A stretch of DNA of 30,608 nucleotides from an uncultured archaeon (GCA_937921735.1 CAKZTQ010000001.1:1-30608); one strand, 5' to 3'; shown: positions 16,957-27,232, counted from the stretch's first letter. The notes: a model not told the origin generated them from the letters alone. Made by a program: numbers and translations.

Positions 16957-19173
16957 ATGAAGGGGGCCCAGGTCCGAGCCTCTGGACCCCTGTGGGTGGC
17001 TGAGATAGACTGCCATGGTTGCGAGGGACTTAGCACCCTCGCCGACAAAAGGTGCAGGGCGTGCGCGTTCGGACAGCTTGGGACGGAGGCCGTTGTCGAT
17101 CGGGTGGTGTTCAAACGAGGTTATCATCGCATCTACGATTCGCGCGAGCTCTCGAAGCTCGCGAGGCTTCTGACGGCGCTTAAGCTGCTGATAGGCGATC
17201 GCACCCTTTACTCTCCTCAAGAGAGCGGGAAGTGCAGGGATTGCGTGAGCAAGCGCCAAGGTAAGATGATCGAGTGTTGGTCGAGGGTGTTGACCAGCCC
17301 ACATGATCCATCGCCCTTCGACCGCTCGCTCGCCGAGCTGGAGGGGCTCAAGGGTGAGTGTGCTAAGTGCACGGAGCAGTACTTCCTGAAACTTCTAGAC
17401 AGCGCTAAAGCCATGCTGGAGAACTTCGAGGTGCTTCGCAAGCTCACGCCAGCGAACTACGACGAGGTCTTCGAAGCAAGGACCAAGCCGTTCTTCGTGG
17501 AGGGGGTCTGGCACCCGCCGAGGGGTGAGGTCCGTCTCTTGGACACCTATGAGCTTCCCGAGGGTAGGGGGAGGGTGCGGATCTACGAGCAGCTAGATCG
17601 CCCGGTGCCCTTCTACGACCTCGACTTGCCGGAGTTCAAGTGGCCTGCCGAGCGCGTGGAGCTCTTGGACGAGGCGTTCAGGCTGGAGGTGAAGGAGGCA
17701 CCAGGCCACGCGAGGTTCGCTCATCCCACGCGCATGGCCAGCTTCGCCGAGGATTGGTACGGCGCCCTGTTGCACATGGTGCGCGAGCGCTCGAACGTCA
17801 AGATCTCCTCGCTGGAGCTGAAGGAGCTCGCCAGGCGGATGGCAAACTGGCTCGCGTACCGCGTACTTGAGCCGTTGTCTTACGACGACCGCATCACGGA
17901 CATCTACATACCTGCGCCTCCCGAGCTGCAGCCCATATACGTCGTGCACGAGCGATGGGAGACCTGCGAGACAGGTATCTATTGGACCACCCCGGAGCTG
18001 CTCGGGATGTGCGAGACGCTGGCGAGCAGGCTAGGCTCAGCGTTCGACGAAGTAAGGCCTCAGCTCGACGTGGAAATCCCCGAGCTGGGCATGAGGTTGT
18101 TCATGAGCCGCTATCCCGCTGTTTGGCCGAGGAGCGCCTCCATAGCGGTGAGAAAGCGCCGCCGTCACGCTTGGACACAACCGCTGTTTATAGCGAGAGG
18201 CACCCTCACGCCTCTCGCCAGCTCGCTTTTGGGCAGCGTCGTCAGGATGGGGGCCTCGGCGTTCATCATAGGCGAGAAGGGCTCCGCCAAGACGAGCATG
18301 GTGGAGACCCTCATCCCAGAGATGGGCCCGCACCACCGCATCGTCTGCTATCAGGACACGGAGGAGCTCCACGTGGAGGAGTTCATAGCCCACGGCTACA
18401 AGCTGGAGAACGTCCGCATCGCGAACCCGGAGCACCTGCAGAGACAGATAGACGCTTTCTTGCGCGGTGGCGAGGCATACTGGCTCATCACCGAGGTTAG
18501 GTCGGTGGAAGCGGTGAGGGCGGCCTTGGGCGCAGCCGCCCGTCAAGGGAGCCAACCGCTGGTCACGAGCTTCCACGTCAAGACCAAGCGGGAGATGTAC
18601 GATCTCATATGTCACCTCATGGGGCTGAACGAGGCGGCTTACAAGTACGTCGACTTCGTCGTCGGCACCGCTCGCTTTTCCACACCTACTGGTTCGATAC
18701 GCAGGGTGGTCGAGGTCGCGGAGGTTTTGAAGGATTGGGAGGGAAGACCGACCTACGCGGAGCTTTTCCTCGACGATCGAAAGCGAGACGTTCTAACGCC
18801 CGCGAACTTCCTGAAAGGCGATGAGGCGATGCTGGAGCGATTGAACTCTTTCGATCTCTCGAGCGTCGACCTAGCCGAGGCTTTAAAGCGCGTGGAGCTG
18901 ATTCCGCCGGAGGAAGGGGGTAGCCACTACATCCCCGCGGCGTGCGAGAGGCTGGCGGTGGAGGTGGAGGATTTTCTGGCCGAGGTGATCGCTGAGGCGA
19001 TGATGAAGTCCGACCTGTTAATGCTCGCCAGGCGCAAAGGCGATGAAAGTTATTTGGAATTGCCGTTCGTCAGCGCCGCCTACAGCGCGTACTTTGCCTT
19101 GTTGAAGAGGCATGAGAGCCCCGCGAGGGCTTTGGAGGAATGGCGGACTTGGCTGAGGGTTCGTTCGAGCTGA
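16957..19173 (+). CDS. Divergent VirB11/TadA/GspE-like secretion or pilus ATPase with a Cys-rich N-terminus
   Basis: LEPLSYDDRITDI, SIAVRK, Walker A GEKGSAKT, Asp box QDTEEL, Walker B LITEVR, His box TSFH and RRVVEVAEV. Four CxxC pairs in the N-terminal 135 aa. Confidence 0.82.
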   Translation: MKGAQVRASGPLWVAEIDCHGCEGLSTLADKRCRACAFGQLGTEAVVDRVVFKRGYHRIYDSRELSKLARLLTALKLLIGDRTLYSPQESGKCRDCVSKRQGKMIECWSRVLTSPHDPSPFDRSLAELEGLKGECAKCTEQYFLKLLDSAKAMLENFEVLRKLTPANYDEVFEARTKPFFVEGVWHPPRGEVRLLDTYELPEGRGRVRIYEQLDRPVPFYDLDLPEFKWPAERVELLDEAFRLEVKEAPGHARFAHPTRMASFAEDWYGALLHMVRERSNVKISSLELKELARRMANWLAYRVLEPLSYDDRITDIYIPAPPELQPIYVVHERWETCETGIYWTTPELLGMCETLASRLGSAFDEVRPQLDVEIPELGMRLFMSRYPAVWPRSASIAVRKRRRHAWTQPLFIARGTLTPLASSLLGSVVRMGASAFIIGEKGSAKTSMVETLIPEMGPHHRIVCYQDTEELHVEEFIAHGYKLENVRIANPEHLQRQIDAFLRGGEAYWLITEVRSVEAVRAALGAAARQGSQPLVTSFHVKTKREMYDLICHLMGLNEAAYKYVDFVVGTARFSTPTGSIRRVVEVAEVLKDWEGRPTYAELFLDDRKRDVLTPANFLKGDEAMLERLNSFDLSSVDLAEALKRVELIPPEEGGSHYIPAACERLAVEVEDFLAEVIAEAMMKSDLLMLARRKGDESYLELPFVSAAYSAYFALLKRHESPARALEEWRTWLRVRSS

Positions 19174-21125
19174 AGGAGTGGTTGCCCGTTTCCAGCGACG
19201 TCAGGCAGATATTGTCCAAGCTCGTGGAGGCCGAAAGGCGCCCTCCACGCCTCTACGAGCGCCTCTGTAGGTTTGCCGGGCGTTATCTCGGTCGATTTAT
19301 GAAGGGTAGAAAACTTAGCGAGGCGAGCCTGAAGGCGATATCCTCCGCTAAGTTGAGGGTAAGCCCGGAAGAGTGGTGGGCTGGCCTCCTCTTTTCGATT
19401 GGGGCGCCGGTCTTCTCTTGCCTCTTCATCTGGTCGCTCGCGATCTCGCTGGGCACGCGCCCGCTAGATCTTTGGTACCTGCCGTTCTTCGGCTCGGTGC
19501 TTGGAGCGCTGTTGGGCACCGTCTTCTACATCTACCCATCCTCGCTCGCCGAGATCAGGCGAAGCGAAGCCCAGAGCAAAGCGATCAACACCATTATGTT
19601 GTTGAGTTTCGAGCTTTACCAACGGCCCGACCTGAGGGGGGCGGCGATGTTCGCCGCGGACTCGAGCGAGGGCGAGCTGGCGGAGGACCTTCAGAAGGGC
19701 TTGCTCGAGTTGGACGAGAAGCGGCGCTACGAGAGCGTCCGCCACCTCCTAACGGTACTCGCCCACAGGTGGGGGGAGCTGGACGACGGCATGAGACAGG
19801 CCGTTTTCGACATCCTCCGCTCGACGGGACAAAAGGAAGAGGCAGCCCGGCTACAGGATATAGCGGAAGCGCCTAGGCGGGTGCTGGAGAGCTCCGAGGT
19901 CCAGCTGAACAAGCGCTTGAGCTCGCTGGTGGCGCCGACGATGGCCTTCATGGTCTTCGGCTCGCTCGCTATAGTTTGTGCGATAGGCCTCTCGCCGGTC
20001 TTCGGAGCGATAGGTCTTCACATCGTGGACCTCAAGTTCTTCGCCCTTGTCGCCCTCGCCTTGATCGCGGGCTTTCTGGCCTTCACCCTGTACATGGGCG
20101 GTCGCCGCCCGGCCACCATCCCCCCTCCTAAGATCCCAGCTTCCGACCCGCGCCTGCCGCCGCTGGGCAAGGTAAGGATACTTCGTCGCTTGTTCCCGCT
20201 TTGGTTGTTTCCGGCGCTCGCGTTTTTGGCCCTCGCTTGGCCCGGTTTGCTCTACCTCGCTGGATGGACGCGGGGGGCGGTCGGGTTGTCGGCGCTGAGC
20301 TTGAACACGTTTTGGCTGGTGTGGGCAACCGCCGCCGCGGTTACGGTCTACGCTTACCTGCGCTCCGCCCCATGCGCTCGCCTCCGGAAGGAGGAGCGCG
20401 AGAAGTTCGTGGATTGGGGGGTGGCTTTCAACACCATAGGCAGCAGGGTGCTCGACGGCAGGCCCATGCACGTGGCCATGGCCGAGACCGCCGACCTCAT
20501 GCCGGGTTCTGCGGTGGCAGAGCAGCTCAGGCGCATCCACGCGATCATGGACAGGCAGGCCGTTGACTTGGGGGCGGCATTGTTCGAGAGGGGCCTCGTC
20601 CGCGAGATCTACAACCCCCTCGTGACGAGCTTCTTGGAGGTGATAGCTAGGATCCGAAGGGCATCCGAGGCGGCGGCGGGGAGGGCCTGCATGGTCGCGG
20701 CGGAGTTCTTGAGCACGCTGCGTCGCGTGGAGAGAAGGTTCGAGGAGCGCATAGGCGAGGCCGTGGGCAACCTCTGGCTGGTGACGGTGGTGTTGCTCCC
20801 CACTATCTGTGCCATGTCGATCTGGATAATGGAGTTCATGTCTGGCATCTCGCTCGAGATGGCCAGGGAGGCGACCGTCGCCGGGCTGGCGCACGTGCCT
20901 TTTCTCTTCGGCGCCATGGAGGAGAGGGACCTCGCGATGCTCAAACTCTTGATGGGCTTGCTCGCCTTGGCTTTAGCACTCGTGATGGCCCGCTACATCT
21001 CGGTGATCCGCGCAGCCCACGACGAGGTGGAGCTTTGGTCCACCGTAGCGAAGACCGCGGCAGCGACGACGGTCGTGTTCACGCTCGCGTACGTAGGCTT
21101 TGAGTTCCTGAGGCTCGGCATCTGA
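19140..21125 (+). CDS. TadC/GspF/FlaJ-like membrane platform protein (two repeats)
   Basis: Multi-TM protein with two helical cytoplasmic domains, each followed by TM segments. It overlaps the 3' end of the ATPase gene, the usual arrangement for this pair. Confidence 0.72.
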   Translation: MADLAEGSFELKEWLPVSSDVRQILSKLVEAERRPPRLYERLCRFAGRYLGRFMKGRKLSEASLKAISSAKLRVSPEEWWAGLLFSIGAPVFSCLFIWSLAISLGTRPLDLWYLPFFGSVLGALLGTVFYIYPSSLAEIRRSEAQSKAINTIMLLSFELYQRPDLRGAAMFAADSSEGELAEDLQKGLLELDEKRRYESVRHLLTVLAHRWGELDDGMRQAVFDILRSTGQKEEAARLQDIAEAPRRVLESSEVQLNKRLSSLVAPTMAFMVFGSLAIVCAIGLSPVFGAIGLHIVDLKFFALVALALIAGFLAFTLYMGGRRPATIPPPKIPASDPRLPPLGKVRILRRLFPLWLFPALAFLALAWPGLLYLAGWTRGAVGLSALSLNTFWLVWATAAAVTVYAYLRSAPCARLRKEEREKFVDWGVAFNTIGSRVLDGRPMHVAMAETADLMPGSAVAEQLRRIHAIMDRQAVDLGAALFERGLVREIYNPLVTSFLEVIARIRRASEAAAGRACMVAAEFLSTLRRVERRFEERIGEAVGNLWLVTVVLLPTICAMSIWIMEFMSGISLEMAREATVAGLAHVPFLFGAMEERDLAMLKLLMGLLALALALVMARYISVIRAAHDEVELWSTVAKTAAATTVVFTLAYVGFEFLRLGI

Positions 21126-21144
21126 GCCTTCGAGGGCTCCGACC

Positions 21145-22116
21145 TCAGGTCTTGAGGCGGTCGCCGATGAGGCAGAAGTGAGCCAGAACTGCCTCGAGCT
21201 GGATGCGCTCGCTGGCCCCCTCCGTCAGCCTGAAGTCGAACTCGCCGACTTTATCGATGAGCTTAACCTTCACCTGTTCAGGCAGGTCTAGGTTGAGTAT
21301 CTCGCGATGTATCTGTTCCAAGATGTCCTCGCCAGAGAGTCCCTGGTTGATGAGCAGGTCGTTGAGCTTCCCTCTTGCCTCCTCGAACTTACCAGCGAGA
21401 GAGAGCCTCAACATCTCCCTGACGTCTTCAGGCCTGGCCATGGCGGCGACCTCGTAGACGGATTTCTCGTCCACCTTCTTCTTGATGGCCGCCGCCGCTT
21501 GCAGCAGGTTGATCGCCCGGCGCATGTCCCCCTCGCTGATATACGCTATCGCCTTTATCGCCTCGTCCGTGAGCACCAGCTTTTCAGCCCTCGCGATCCG
21601 CTTCAGCATCTGCGCGATGTGCTTCTCGCCCAGCTTCCTGAACCTGAAGATGGCGCATCGCGATTGGATGGGCTCGATGATCCGGCTGGAGTAGTTGCAG
21701 TCCAAGATGAACCTACAGGTGTGAGTGTACATCTCCATCGTCCTCCTCAGCGCGTGCTGCGCATCCGGCGTGAGCGCGTCGCTCTCGTCCAAAAGGATAA
21801 GCTTGTAGGGGACGTCGCCTATGGGCCGTGTCCTGGCGTAGTCCTTCACCTTTGTGCGGATGGTGTCTATGCCACGTTCATCGCTGGCGTTCAGCTCAAG
21901 GAAGTTCTGGCGCCAGGCGTCGCCGAAGAGCTCTCTAGCTATGCAGAGCGCAGCGGTGGTCTTGCCCGTGCCAGCGGGTCCAGCGAATAGGAGGTGGGGC
22001 AGCGATTTCTTCTCGACGAAGCCCTTAAGCCTGCTGACGATCTCGTCCTGCCCCACTATCTCGTCCAGCTTCTTCGGGCGGTACTTCTCGACCCAGATCT
22101 CTTCCGCTTCGGCCAT
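21145..22116 (-). CDS. rfcS: Replication factor C small subunit (no intein)
   Basis: [32 protein letters not shown] and GDMRRAIN. Confidence 0.96.
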   Translation of the reverse strand: MAEAEEIWVEKYRPKKLDEIVGQDEIVSRLKGFVEKKSLPHLLFAGPAGTGKTTAALCIARELFGDAWRQNFLELNASDERGIDTIRTKVKDYARTRPIGDVPYKLILLDESDALTPDAQHALRRTMEMYTHTCRFILDCNYSSRIIEPIQSRCAIFRFRKLGEKHIAQMLKRIARAEKLVLTDEAIKAIAYISEGDMRRAINLLQAAAAIKKKVDEKSVYEVAAMARPEDVREMLRLSLAGKFEEARGKLNDLLINQGLSGEDILEQIHREILNLDLPEQVKVKLIDKVGEFDFRLTEGASERIQLEAVLAHFCLIGDRLKT

Positions 22117-22498
22117 CCTCACACCCCTTCAACTTTTCATCTATCAGCTTTCTCGTCGTCCTCTCGAACGATTCGAGCAAACTATCGAGCACCTTTCCCA
22201 CAACCTCCCGCTCGAACTTCCTACGCGAGATCTTAGGCCTGTACACGTACTTCAGCCCTCCTCGCCCTCCCCTGCTGATCCTCGCCGACAAAAGGCCTCG
22301 CTTGCATAGGGAGCTCATGACGGCATTTACGCTGGGGCGACAAATGTTGTGCTTGCTCTTGAGCCGCGCATAGACGGTCCTCGCAGTAGCGCTCTTCTCC
22401 TTCCACATTATCTCCATGATCTCGGCCTCGAGCGGGCTCAACACGGTTTCCAATCCCTGCTTATGTGGCTTGTACCCGGACCACTCGAACAAGCACAT
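22025..22498 (-). CDS. BlaI/MecI/CopY family transcriptional regulator
   Basis: [13 protein letters not shown], a winged [19 protein letters not shown] and VLDSLLESF. The C-terminal tail overlaps rfcS. Confidence 0.85.
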   Translation of the reverse strand: MCLFEWSGYKPHKQGLETVLSPLEAEIMEIMWKEKSATARTVYARLKSKHNICRPSVNAVMSSLCKRGLLSARISRGGRGGLKYVYRPKISRRKFEREVVGKVLDSLLESFERTTRKLIDEKLKGCEDGRSGRDLGREVPPEEAGRDSGAGRDRQQA

Positions 22499-22530
22499 CA
22501 CCAAAAGCAATGAAGATTGAGTCGGTTGTG

Positions 22531-22580
22531 ATTTAAAGCTTTGGTCCCACGCTCGGCGAGCATTTTATAAAAAGATGCTC
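22531..22580. promoter_or_regulatory. Divergent promoters of the BlaI-like gene and ileS
   Basis: AAAGCTTTAAAT on the minus strand (22531-22542). TTTTATAA on the plus strand (22563-22570), flanked by GAGCAT...ATGCTC. Confidence 0.55.
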
Positions 22581-22602
22581 CGATAAGTTTCGGGGCGAGG
22601 TC

Positions 22603-25600
22603 ATGATCAAACCCGCCAAGAGCAGCTACGACGCGAGGAAGTTCGAGCAGGAGATCCAAGCTTGGTGGCAGGAGAACGGCATCTACGAGAAAGTTAAGCA
22701 GATGCGAGCAAATGGGCCGGTGTGGTACTTTCTGGATGGCCCTCCTTACGCCAGCGGCGCGATCCACCTGGGCACGGCTTGGAATAAAATCATAAAGGAC
22801 GTGATCCTGCGCTACAAGAGCATGCGCGGGTTCAACGTCAGAAGGCAGCCGGGCTGGGACTGTCACGGCCTACCCATAGAGGTCAAGGTGGAGGAAAAGC
22901 TGGGGATCAAATCGAAAAAGGACATCGAGCAGGTCATAGGCGTCGAGAGGTTCATCCAGGAGTGCAAGCAGTGGGCGCTCACCCACATCTCCATCATGAC
23001 CGAGCAGTTCAAGCGCTTGGGCGTGTGGATGGACTGGGACTCGCCCTACGTGACCTTCGTCAACGATTACATCGAGTCCGCCTGGTGGACCCTGAAGCGG
23101 GCCTACGAGAAGGGCCTGCTGCAGATGTCGCTACGTGTCATCCACTGGTGCCCTCGCTGCGAGACAGCGCTGGCCGAGCACGAGGTCAGGGGTGAGTATC
23201 AAGACGTCCGAGACCCCTCGCTCTTCGCCCGCTTCAAGCTCGTGGACAGACCTAACGAGTACCTGCTGATCTGGACCACCACGCCTTGGACGCTGCCGGC
23301 GAACGTCGCGGTCTGCGTGCATCCCGAGCACAGCTACGCTAGGGTGCAGGTAGGCGGCGAGTTCTACATCTTGGCCGAAGCTCTGGTGGCGAAGGTGATG
23401 GAAGAACTCGGCATCCGCGAGTACCGAGTGGCGGGCACCTCGAAGGGCAAGGAGCTCGAGGGCCTGCGCTACGAGCACCCCTTGCTCGAGGAGGTGCCGA
23501 AGCAGCGGGAGTTCCAGCGCTACCACCGCGTGATATGCGGCGAGCACGTCACGCTTGAGGAGGGCACCGGTTGCGTTCACACCGCCCCCGGCCACGGCGA
23601 GGAGGACTTCGCGGTGGGGGGCAAGTACGGGCTGCCCGTTTTCAGCCCCGTGGGGCCCGACGGTAGGTTCACGGCCGACGCCGGGAAGTACGCGGGCATG
23701 TTCGTCAAGGAGGCTGATCGCGTCATCGTGGAGGACCTCAAGCGGAGGGGAGTGTTGATGAAGTGGGGGTACATCGTCCACTCCTACCCCCACTGCTGGC
23801 GCTGCCAGACGCCCCTGATCTTCCGCGCGACGGAGCAGTGGTTCCTCAAGATCTCGGACATCAAGCCCAGAATACTCGAGCTAAATGCCGCCAACGTAAG
23901 GTGGGTGCCCGACTGGGTGGCCACGCGCTACGTGAACGGCGTGGAGTCGGTGGGCGATTGGTGCATTTCCCGCCAGCGCTACTGGGGCATCCCCCTGCCC
24001 ATCTGGATATGCTCCAGCTGCAGGGGTATGGTGGTGGTGGGCAGCGCGAGGGAGCTGGCCGAGATGGCGACCGAGCACATCGGCGAGATGGACCTGCACA
24101 GGCCCTACATCGACCGCGTCCTGCTGCGCTGCCCCAGCTGCAGGGGCGAGATGCATCGTGTGCCGGACGTGCTCGACGTGTGGTTCGACTCGGGCATAGC
24201 CTCTTGGGCGAGCCTGAACTACCCCAAGCAGGAGGAGCCCTTCGAGAGCCTTTGGCCCAGCGACTTCATCACCGAGGGCGAGGATCAAGTTACGAAGTGG
24301 TTCTACAGCCAGCAGGCGGCCTCGGTCATCGCCTTCGACAGGGTGCCTTACAAGCAGGTGCTGATGCACGGCTTCGCGCTCGACGCCCACGGCAGGAAGA
24401 TGTCGAAGTCCTTGGGCAACGTGGTGGAACCTGGCGAAGTGGTGGAGAGGTACGGCGCGGACGTGCTCCGCTTCTACATGCTCTCCGCCAACTCCCCTTG
24501 GGAGGACCTGAGGTTCAACTGGAAGGGGGTCGAGGTGGTGGGCAGGATGCTGAACGTGCTCTGGAACGTGCACGTCTTCGCCACGACCTACATGTCACTC
24601 GACGCTTTCGACCCCATGAAAGTCGACTTGGAGAAGGTCAGGGGACACCTCCTACCCGAGGACGTATGGATGATCTCCCGCATCAACAGCGTCGCGCGCG
24701 AGGTGACCCAAGCGTTCGAGGACCTCGACATCCACCTCGCAGCTCGAGCGATCTCTACGTTCGTGCTAGAGGACCTAAGCAGGTGGTACGTGCGCCTGAT
24801 CAGGGAGAGGGTTTGGATCGAGAGGGAGGACCCGAAGAAGTTGGCGGCCTACGTCGTGCTGTACCAAGCGCTTCACACGCTGATGAGGCTTCTGGCGCCC
24901 CTCATGCCCCACGTGACCGAGCTCATGTACCGCGACCTCGTGAAGGCCGTCGATCCCAAGGCGCCGGAGAGCGTGCACATGTTGCCTTGGCCGGGCTTCA
25001 GCGAGGAGGCCATCGACGAAGGGCTCGAGCGGGGCATGAGCGCGGTCCGCAGCTTAGTCGAAGCCGGCGCGGCGGCGAGGCAGAAGGCCAACCTGAAGCT
25101 CAGGTGGCCGGTGGCGAAGGCGATGGTGAGGTTCTCCTCCGAGGAGCAGGCGTCTTTAGTTCGAGGCCTGCGCGAGGTGCTGAAGAGACAACTGAACTGC
25201 AAGGAGCTGGTGCTGCTCTCGCCAGGGGAGTACTCGGCTGGCTTCCGCTTGGTGTGCAAGCCGAACGTCGAGGCCCTCGAGAGGAAATTCGGAAAGCTCG
25301 CGAGATCCATCGTCGACTCCTTGGCGGCGATGGACGCCGCTCGCTTGCGCGCGGAACTCCAGCGCTACGGCTTCGCTGGCCTGCAAGTCGATGGACGGAA
25401 GGTGAGGATCAGCGAGGAGGACGTGGGCTTCGAGGAGGTACTGCCCGACGGCTATGTGTCGGCGGAGGTGGAGGTGGGAAAGGTGATGATCGACTCCCGC
25501 CTCACGCCTGAGCTGAAAGCGGAATGCTTGGCGCGCGAGCTGGTGAGGAGGCTGCAGACGATGAGGAAGGAACTCGACTTAGCCATGGAGGAACGCGTGG

Positions 25601-25794
25601 ACGTGGAGGTAGGAATTTACGCGGAGGAACACCTAAAGCTCCTTGCGTCGCAGCAGGATTACATCGTTCGAGAGGTGAGGGTTCGAAACCTGCGCCTGTG
25701 CAGCGCTGAGCAGGTCTCCAACGCAGGCTATGTCAAGGACTGGGACATCGATGGTGACAAGTTCAAGCTACTCCTGAAGCGCCCCTCTAGCTAG
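22603..25794 (+). CDS. ileS: Isoleucine--tRNA ligase (archaeal/eukaryote-like type)
   Basis: DGPPYASGAIHLGT (HIGH), GWDCHGLP, WTTTPWTLP, GTGCVHTAPGHG, DWCISRQRYWG and KMSKS. Confidence 0.97.
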   Translation: MIKPAKSSYDARKFEQEIQAWWQENGIYEKVKQMRANGPVWYFLDGPPYASGAIHLGTAWNKIIKDVILRYKSMRGFNVRRQPGWDCHGLPIEVKVEEKLGIKSKKDIEQVIGVERFIQECKQWALTHISIMTEQFKRLGVWMDWDSPYVTFVNDYIESAWWTLKRAYEKGLLQMSLRVIHWCPRCETALAEHEVRGEYQDVRDPSLFARFKLVDRPNEYLLIWTTTPWTLPANVAVCVHPEHSYARVQVGGEFYILAEALVAKVMEELGIREYRVAGTSKGKELEGLRYEHPLLEEVPKQREFQRYHRVICGEHVTLEEGTGCVHTAPGHGEEDFAVGGKYGLPVFSPVGPDGRFTADAGKYAGMFVKEADRVIVEDLKRRGVLMKWGYIVHSYPHCWRCQTPLIFRATEQWFLKISDIKPRILELNAANVRWVPDWVATRYVNGVESVGDWCISRQRYWGIPLPIWICSSCRGMVVVGSARELAEMATEHIGEMDLHRPYIDRVLLRCPSCRGEMHRVPDVLDVWFDSGIASWASLNYPKQEEPFESLWPSDFITEGEDQVTKWFYSQQAASVIAFDRVPYKQVLMHGFALDAHGRKMSKSLGNVVEPGEVVERYGADVLRFYMLSANSPWEDLRFNWKGVEVVGRMLNVLWNVHVFATTYMSLDAFDPMKVDLEKVRGHLLPEDVWMISRINSVAREVTQAFEDLDIHLAARAISTFVLEDLSRWYVRLIRERVWIEREDPKKLAAYVVLYQALHTLMRLLAPLMPHVTELMYRDLVKAVDPKAPESVHMLPWPGFSEEAIDEGLERGMSAVRSLVEAGAAARQKANLKLRWPVAKAMVRFSSEEQASLVRGLREVLKRQLNCKELVLLSPGEYSAGFRLVCKPNVEALERKFGKLARSIVDSLAAMDAARLRAELQRYGFAGLQVDGRKVRISEEDVGFEEVLPDGYVSAEVEVGKVMIDSRLTPELKAECLARELVRRLQTMRKELDLAMEERVDVEVGIYAEEHLKLLASQQDYIVREVRVRNLRLCSAEQVSNAGYVKDWDIDGDKFKLLLKRPSS

Positions 25795-25888
25795 AGGGCT
25801 TTGCTTCGGCAGGCGCAGCCTCAGCCTTGGCAGGCGCGGCTTTGGCCTTCTTCTTTTTCGCGGCTTTCTTCCCGCATTTCTTGGCCAT
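25787..25888 (-). CDS. 33-aa Lys/Ala/Pro-rich basic microprotein (histone H1-tail-like)
   Basis: MAKKCGKKAAKKKKAKAAPAKAEAAPAEAKPSS*. Purine-rich leader GGAAGGGA, TTAAATA box at 25924-25930, and an in-frame upstream ATG at 25906. Below the ORF-track length cutoff. Confidence 0.7.
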   Translation of the reverse strand: MAKKCGKKAAKKKKAKAAPAKAEAAPAEAKPSS

Positions 25889-25960
25889 CCCGATCCCTTC
25901 CACCATAAATTAATCCGAAGTGCTATTTAACCTTCGTTGACCAATTTCCCATGGGTCGGC

Positions 25961-27232
25961 ATGTCCAAGAGCTCGAGGATCGCCGGCTTCTACAGGCTGA
26001 GCCCGGAGGAGAGGCTGAGGCTGGTGAAGGAGTTCGCCGGCCTCAGCGATGAGGAGGTGGAGATCCTCAGGAGCACCGGGGCGCTCAAGCTCGAGCAGGC
26101 CAACCGCATGATAGAGAACGTCGTGGGCACCGCGGAGCTCCCGCTGGGCATCGCGGTGAACTTCCTCATCAACGGCAGAGATTACCTCGTGCCCATGGCG
26201 ATTGAGGAGCCCAGTGTCGTCGCTGCAGCGTCGAACGCCGCGCGCATGGCGAGGGAGAGGGGAGGCTTCACGGCGAGCAGCGACGAGCCCCTGATGATAG
26301 GCCAGGTCCAGCTCACCGACGTGGGCGATCCGCTCGAGGCCAAGGAGGCGATCCTCTCGAGCAAGGAGGGGATACTCCGCGTGGCCAACGAACAGGACCC
26401 CACGCTGGTCAGGCTCGGCGGAGGCGCTAAGGGGCTCGAAGTTAGAATGCTCGGCACCGACGAAGGCGAGATGTTAGTGGTCCACCTGCTCGTCGACGTG
26501 CGCGATGCCATGGGTGCCAACGCGGTCAACGCCATGTGCGAGGCGGTCGCTCCGCTGCTGGAGGAGCTCACGGGCGGCAGGGCCTACCTCAGGATCATCT
26601 CCAACCTCGCCACCTCCCGCCTGGCCCGAGCGGAGGCGGTTTTCGCGAAGGAGGTGCTTGGGGGCGAGGAGGTCGTAGACGGCATCGTCAAGGCCTACGC
26701 GCTGGCGGCGGCCGATCCGTACAGGTGCGCGACGCACAACAAGGGCATAATGAACGGCATCGTCGCCGTGGCCTTGGCTACTGGCAACGACACCCGCGCG
26801 CTCGAGGCTGGGGCCCACGCTTACGCGGCGATGGGCGGAAGCTACAAGCCGCTCACGACTTGGCGTAAGACGGGCGAGGGAGATCTCTGGGGTAGGATAG
26901 AACTCCCGCTGGCGGTGGGCATAGTCGGCGGCGCCACGGCTAGCAACCCCGTAGCTAGGGTCTGCCTCAAGATCCTCGGCGTTAAGAGCGCACGGGAGCT
27001 GGCTGAGGTGATGGCCGCCGTGGGGCTGGCCCAAAACCTCGCCGCGCTACGCGCGCTGGTGGCGGAGGGGATAAGGAGGGGGCACATGAAGCTCCACGCC
27101 AGAAACCTCGCGATCATGGCGGGTGCGACCGGCGAACTCATAGACCGCGTCGCGGAGCAAATGGTCAAGGAGGGCAGGATAAGCTTCGACCGGGCAAGGG
27201 AAGTTTTGGAGGGGCTCCTTCGCGGCGGGTGA
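25961..27232 (+). CDS. mvaA: HMG-CoA reductase, class II
   Basis: [42 protein letters not shown] and GLAQNLAAL...[11 protein letters not shown]. Confidence 0.93.
   Translation: MSKSSRIAGFYRLSPEERLRLVKEFAGLSDEEVEILRSTGALKLEQANRMIENVVGTAELPLGIAVNFLINGRDYLVPMAIEEPSVVAAASNAARMARERGGFTASSDEPLMIGQVQLTDVGDPLEAKEAILSSKEGILRVANEQDPTLVRLGGGAKGLEVRMLGTDEGEMLVVHLLVDVRDAMGANAVNAMCEAVAPLLEELTGGRAYLRIISNLATSRLARAEAVFAKEVLGGEEVVDGIVKAYALAAADPYRCATHNKGIMNGIVAVALATGNDTRALEAGAHAYAAMGGSYKPLTTWRKTGEGDLWGRIELPLAVGIVGGATASNPVARVCLKILGVKSARELAEVMAAVGLAQNLAALRALVAEGIRRGHMKLHARNLAIMAGATGELIDRVAEQMVKEGRISFDRAREVLEGLLRGG

Noticed and set aside
23763-25511. 582-aa alternative-frame ORF inside ileS
   Set aside because: Arg/Gly/Pro-rich shadow ORF expected from high GC3 codon usage; no motifs.
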